A stretch of 64,000 nucleotides of DNA from NCBI GenBank assembly GCA_905373475.1, contig CAJPTC010000003.1, forward strand, positions 24,883 through 88,882. The letters are read 5' to 3'. The translations under genes were made by a program, and so were the position numbers. Under the pieces are notes generated by a model. That model was not told the origin of the DNA. It searched no databases and was given only the letters and a program-made list of their open reading frames with translations. This DNA is from Bacteroidia bacterium (GTDB taxonomy: Bacteria > Bacteroidota > Bacteroidia > Bacteroidales > CAJPTX01). Positions 63,234 through 64,000 of the stretch are shown in pieces (position 1 is the first letter of the stretch; every line of letters begins with the position of its first letter).

Positions 63234-64000
63234 TTATTGCTTTTGCGCTTCAAAGTTCTTGTGTATACGCCCTTTGCTTTCCAACTGACGTAGAATATTG
63301 TCTAATACGCCATTGATGAATGGTAACGCCTCGTTTGCCGCAAATTGGCTTGCTATATCTACGTATTCGTTTAGCGTTACGCGCGTCGGAATATCGGGGC
63401 AGTAGAGTAGTTCGGTTATTCCTAGTTCGATGATTATGAGGTCTGTTTTTTTCAGACGATCCAGTTCCCAGTTGTGTAGGTTTTCTTTGATGAGCGCTTG
63501 ATGCTCGCCTGAATTTGAAATCATCTTAAGCAAAAGTTGTTCCGCAAATTCGAGCTCGTCTGCTAAAACTGGCTTAGTTGTCAGTTTCGTTTCGGGCGCG
63601 GGCAATTCCTTGAGCTTGTGAATGCGCTCTGTTACTTGTCGCGCGGCGAGTTCCAAATCTGAGGTATAGGTAAGTGGCGCATCTAGAAAGAATTTCTGGA
63701 GGTACGATTTACCAAACGGGACGTTGCTCTGATTGTTGTGAGGGAGACTCTCCAAGAGTTTTTCCTCAGCCTCTATTTCCTCATACCAGCTACTAAAAAG
63801 CCATGAGTAGAGTGCCCCTGCCATTTCCTGTATAGCTGCCAAGCGTTTCTTTTTGTCACTGCCGTCAGCTGCCACGTATTGTTTGTAAGGGGCGGTACGA
63901 AGCCACTCTTGAAAGATATGGAGGAAGGCGGGAGATTGCAAACTTGCCTCAAGGCCTTTTACATACTCCGAATCCAGTAGGGCGTTGTTGTTGTGAATGG
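63234..64000 (-). CDS. nusB: Transcription antitermination factor NusB (long Bacteroidota form). The 5' end lies beyond the right edge.
   Basis: C-terminal NusB core DRLKKTDLIIIELGITELLYCPDIPTRVTLNEYVDIASQFAANEALPFINGVLDNILRQL. The reading frame stays open upstream of the track's TTG (63941) through 64000. Confidence 0.85.
   Translation of the reverse strand, partial: IHNNNALLDSEYVKGLEASLQSPAFLHIFQEWLRTAPYKQYVAADGSDKKKRLAAIQEMAGALYSWLFSSWYEEIEAEEKLLESLPHNNQSNVPFGKSYLQKFFLDAPLTYTSDLELAARQVTERIHKLKELPAPETKLTTKPVLADELEFAEQLLLKMISNSGEHQALIKENLHNWELDRLKKTDLIIIELGITELLYCPDIPTRVTLNEYVDIASQFAANEALPFINGVLDNILRQLESKGRIHKNFEAQKQ

Overview
This looks like a Bacteroidota chromosome segment with Porphyromonas/Bacteroidales-like content: an HmuY-type hemophore, GLPGLI paralogs, a T9SS type-B C-terminal domain, outer-membrane proteins ending in an aromatic residue, and TAnnTTTG promoter boxes. 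I can support about 50 protein genes, and nearly all are core housekeeping. They include an hmuY-hmuR-hmuS heme-uptake operon, rpe-recX-prmC, ribD, a FecCD/ABC importer pair and HU. There is an outer-membrane barrel plus three GLPGLI genes, an Ldh_2 dehydrogenase with an SNF transporter, cysQ, sufBCD and an AddB-like nuclease. Further on are two tandem SiaC-like (DUF1987) genes, thiE-thiG, fabK, two M16 peptidases, a T9SS cargo protein, RelA/SpoT, a TPR protein, an aminolipid-type GNAT, a PfkB kinase, lpxH and nrdD. The right end carries a DUF5686 protein, L31 type B, a FadL/PorV-like barrel with a low-complexity secreted protein, proS, an M49-like lipoprotein, a SiaB-like kinase, creD and the tilS-djlA-coaE-ybbR-yajC-nusB run. 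Two genes are missing from the ORF track: the edge-truncated CobN-like gene at 1..981(-) and a 30-aa highly basic peptide at 9318..9410(-). I saw no rRNA, tRNA, CRISPR array, transposase, integrase or phage genes. I do not see a clear-cut new multi-gene system. The best leads are listed here. (1) A 754-bp, 98% identical duplication of a GLPGLI gene has a mosaic divergence pattern, an out-of-frame start and an 18-bp perfect palindrome at one 5' end. (2) A MITE-like 240-bp structured element sits between sufD and cysQ, with related fragments at two other intergenic sites. (3) The palindrome ATTGA-N3-TCAAT recurs only in intergenic DNA. (4) Orphan SiaC/SiaB-like partner-switch components are present. 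(5) A membrane-anchored pseudo-receiver abuts an AddB-like nuclease that has no helicase partner here. (6) A secreted aromatic/QTTR-repeat protein is coupled to an outer-membrane barrel. All homology calls rest on motifs I recognise by eye, and no database search was run.
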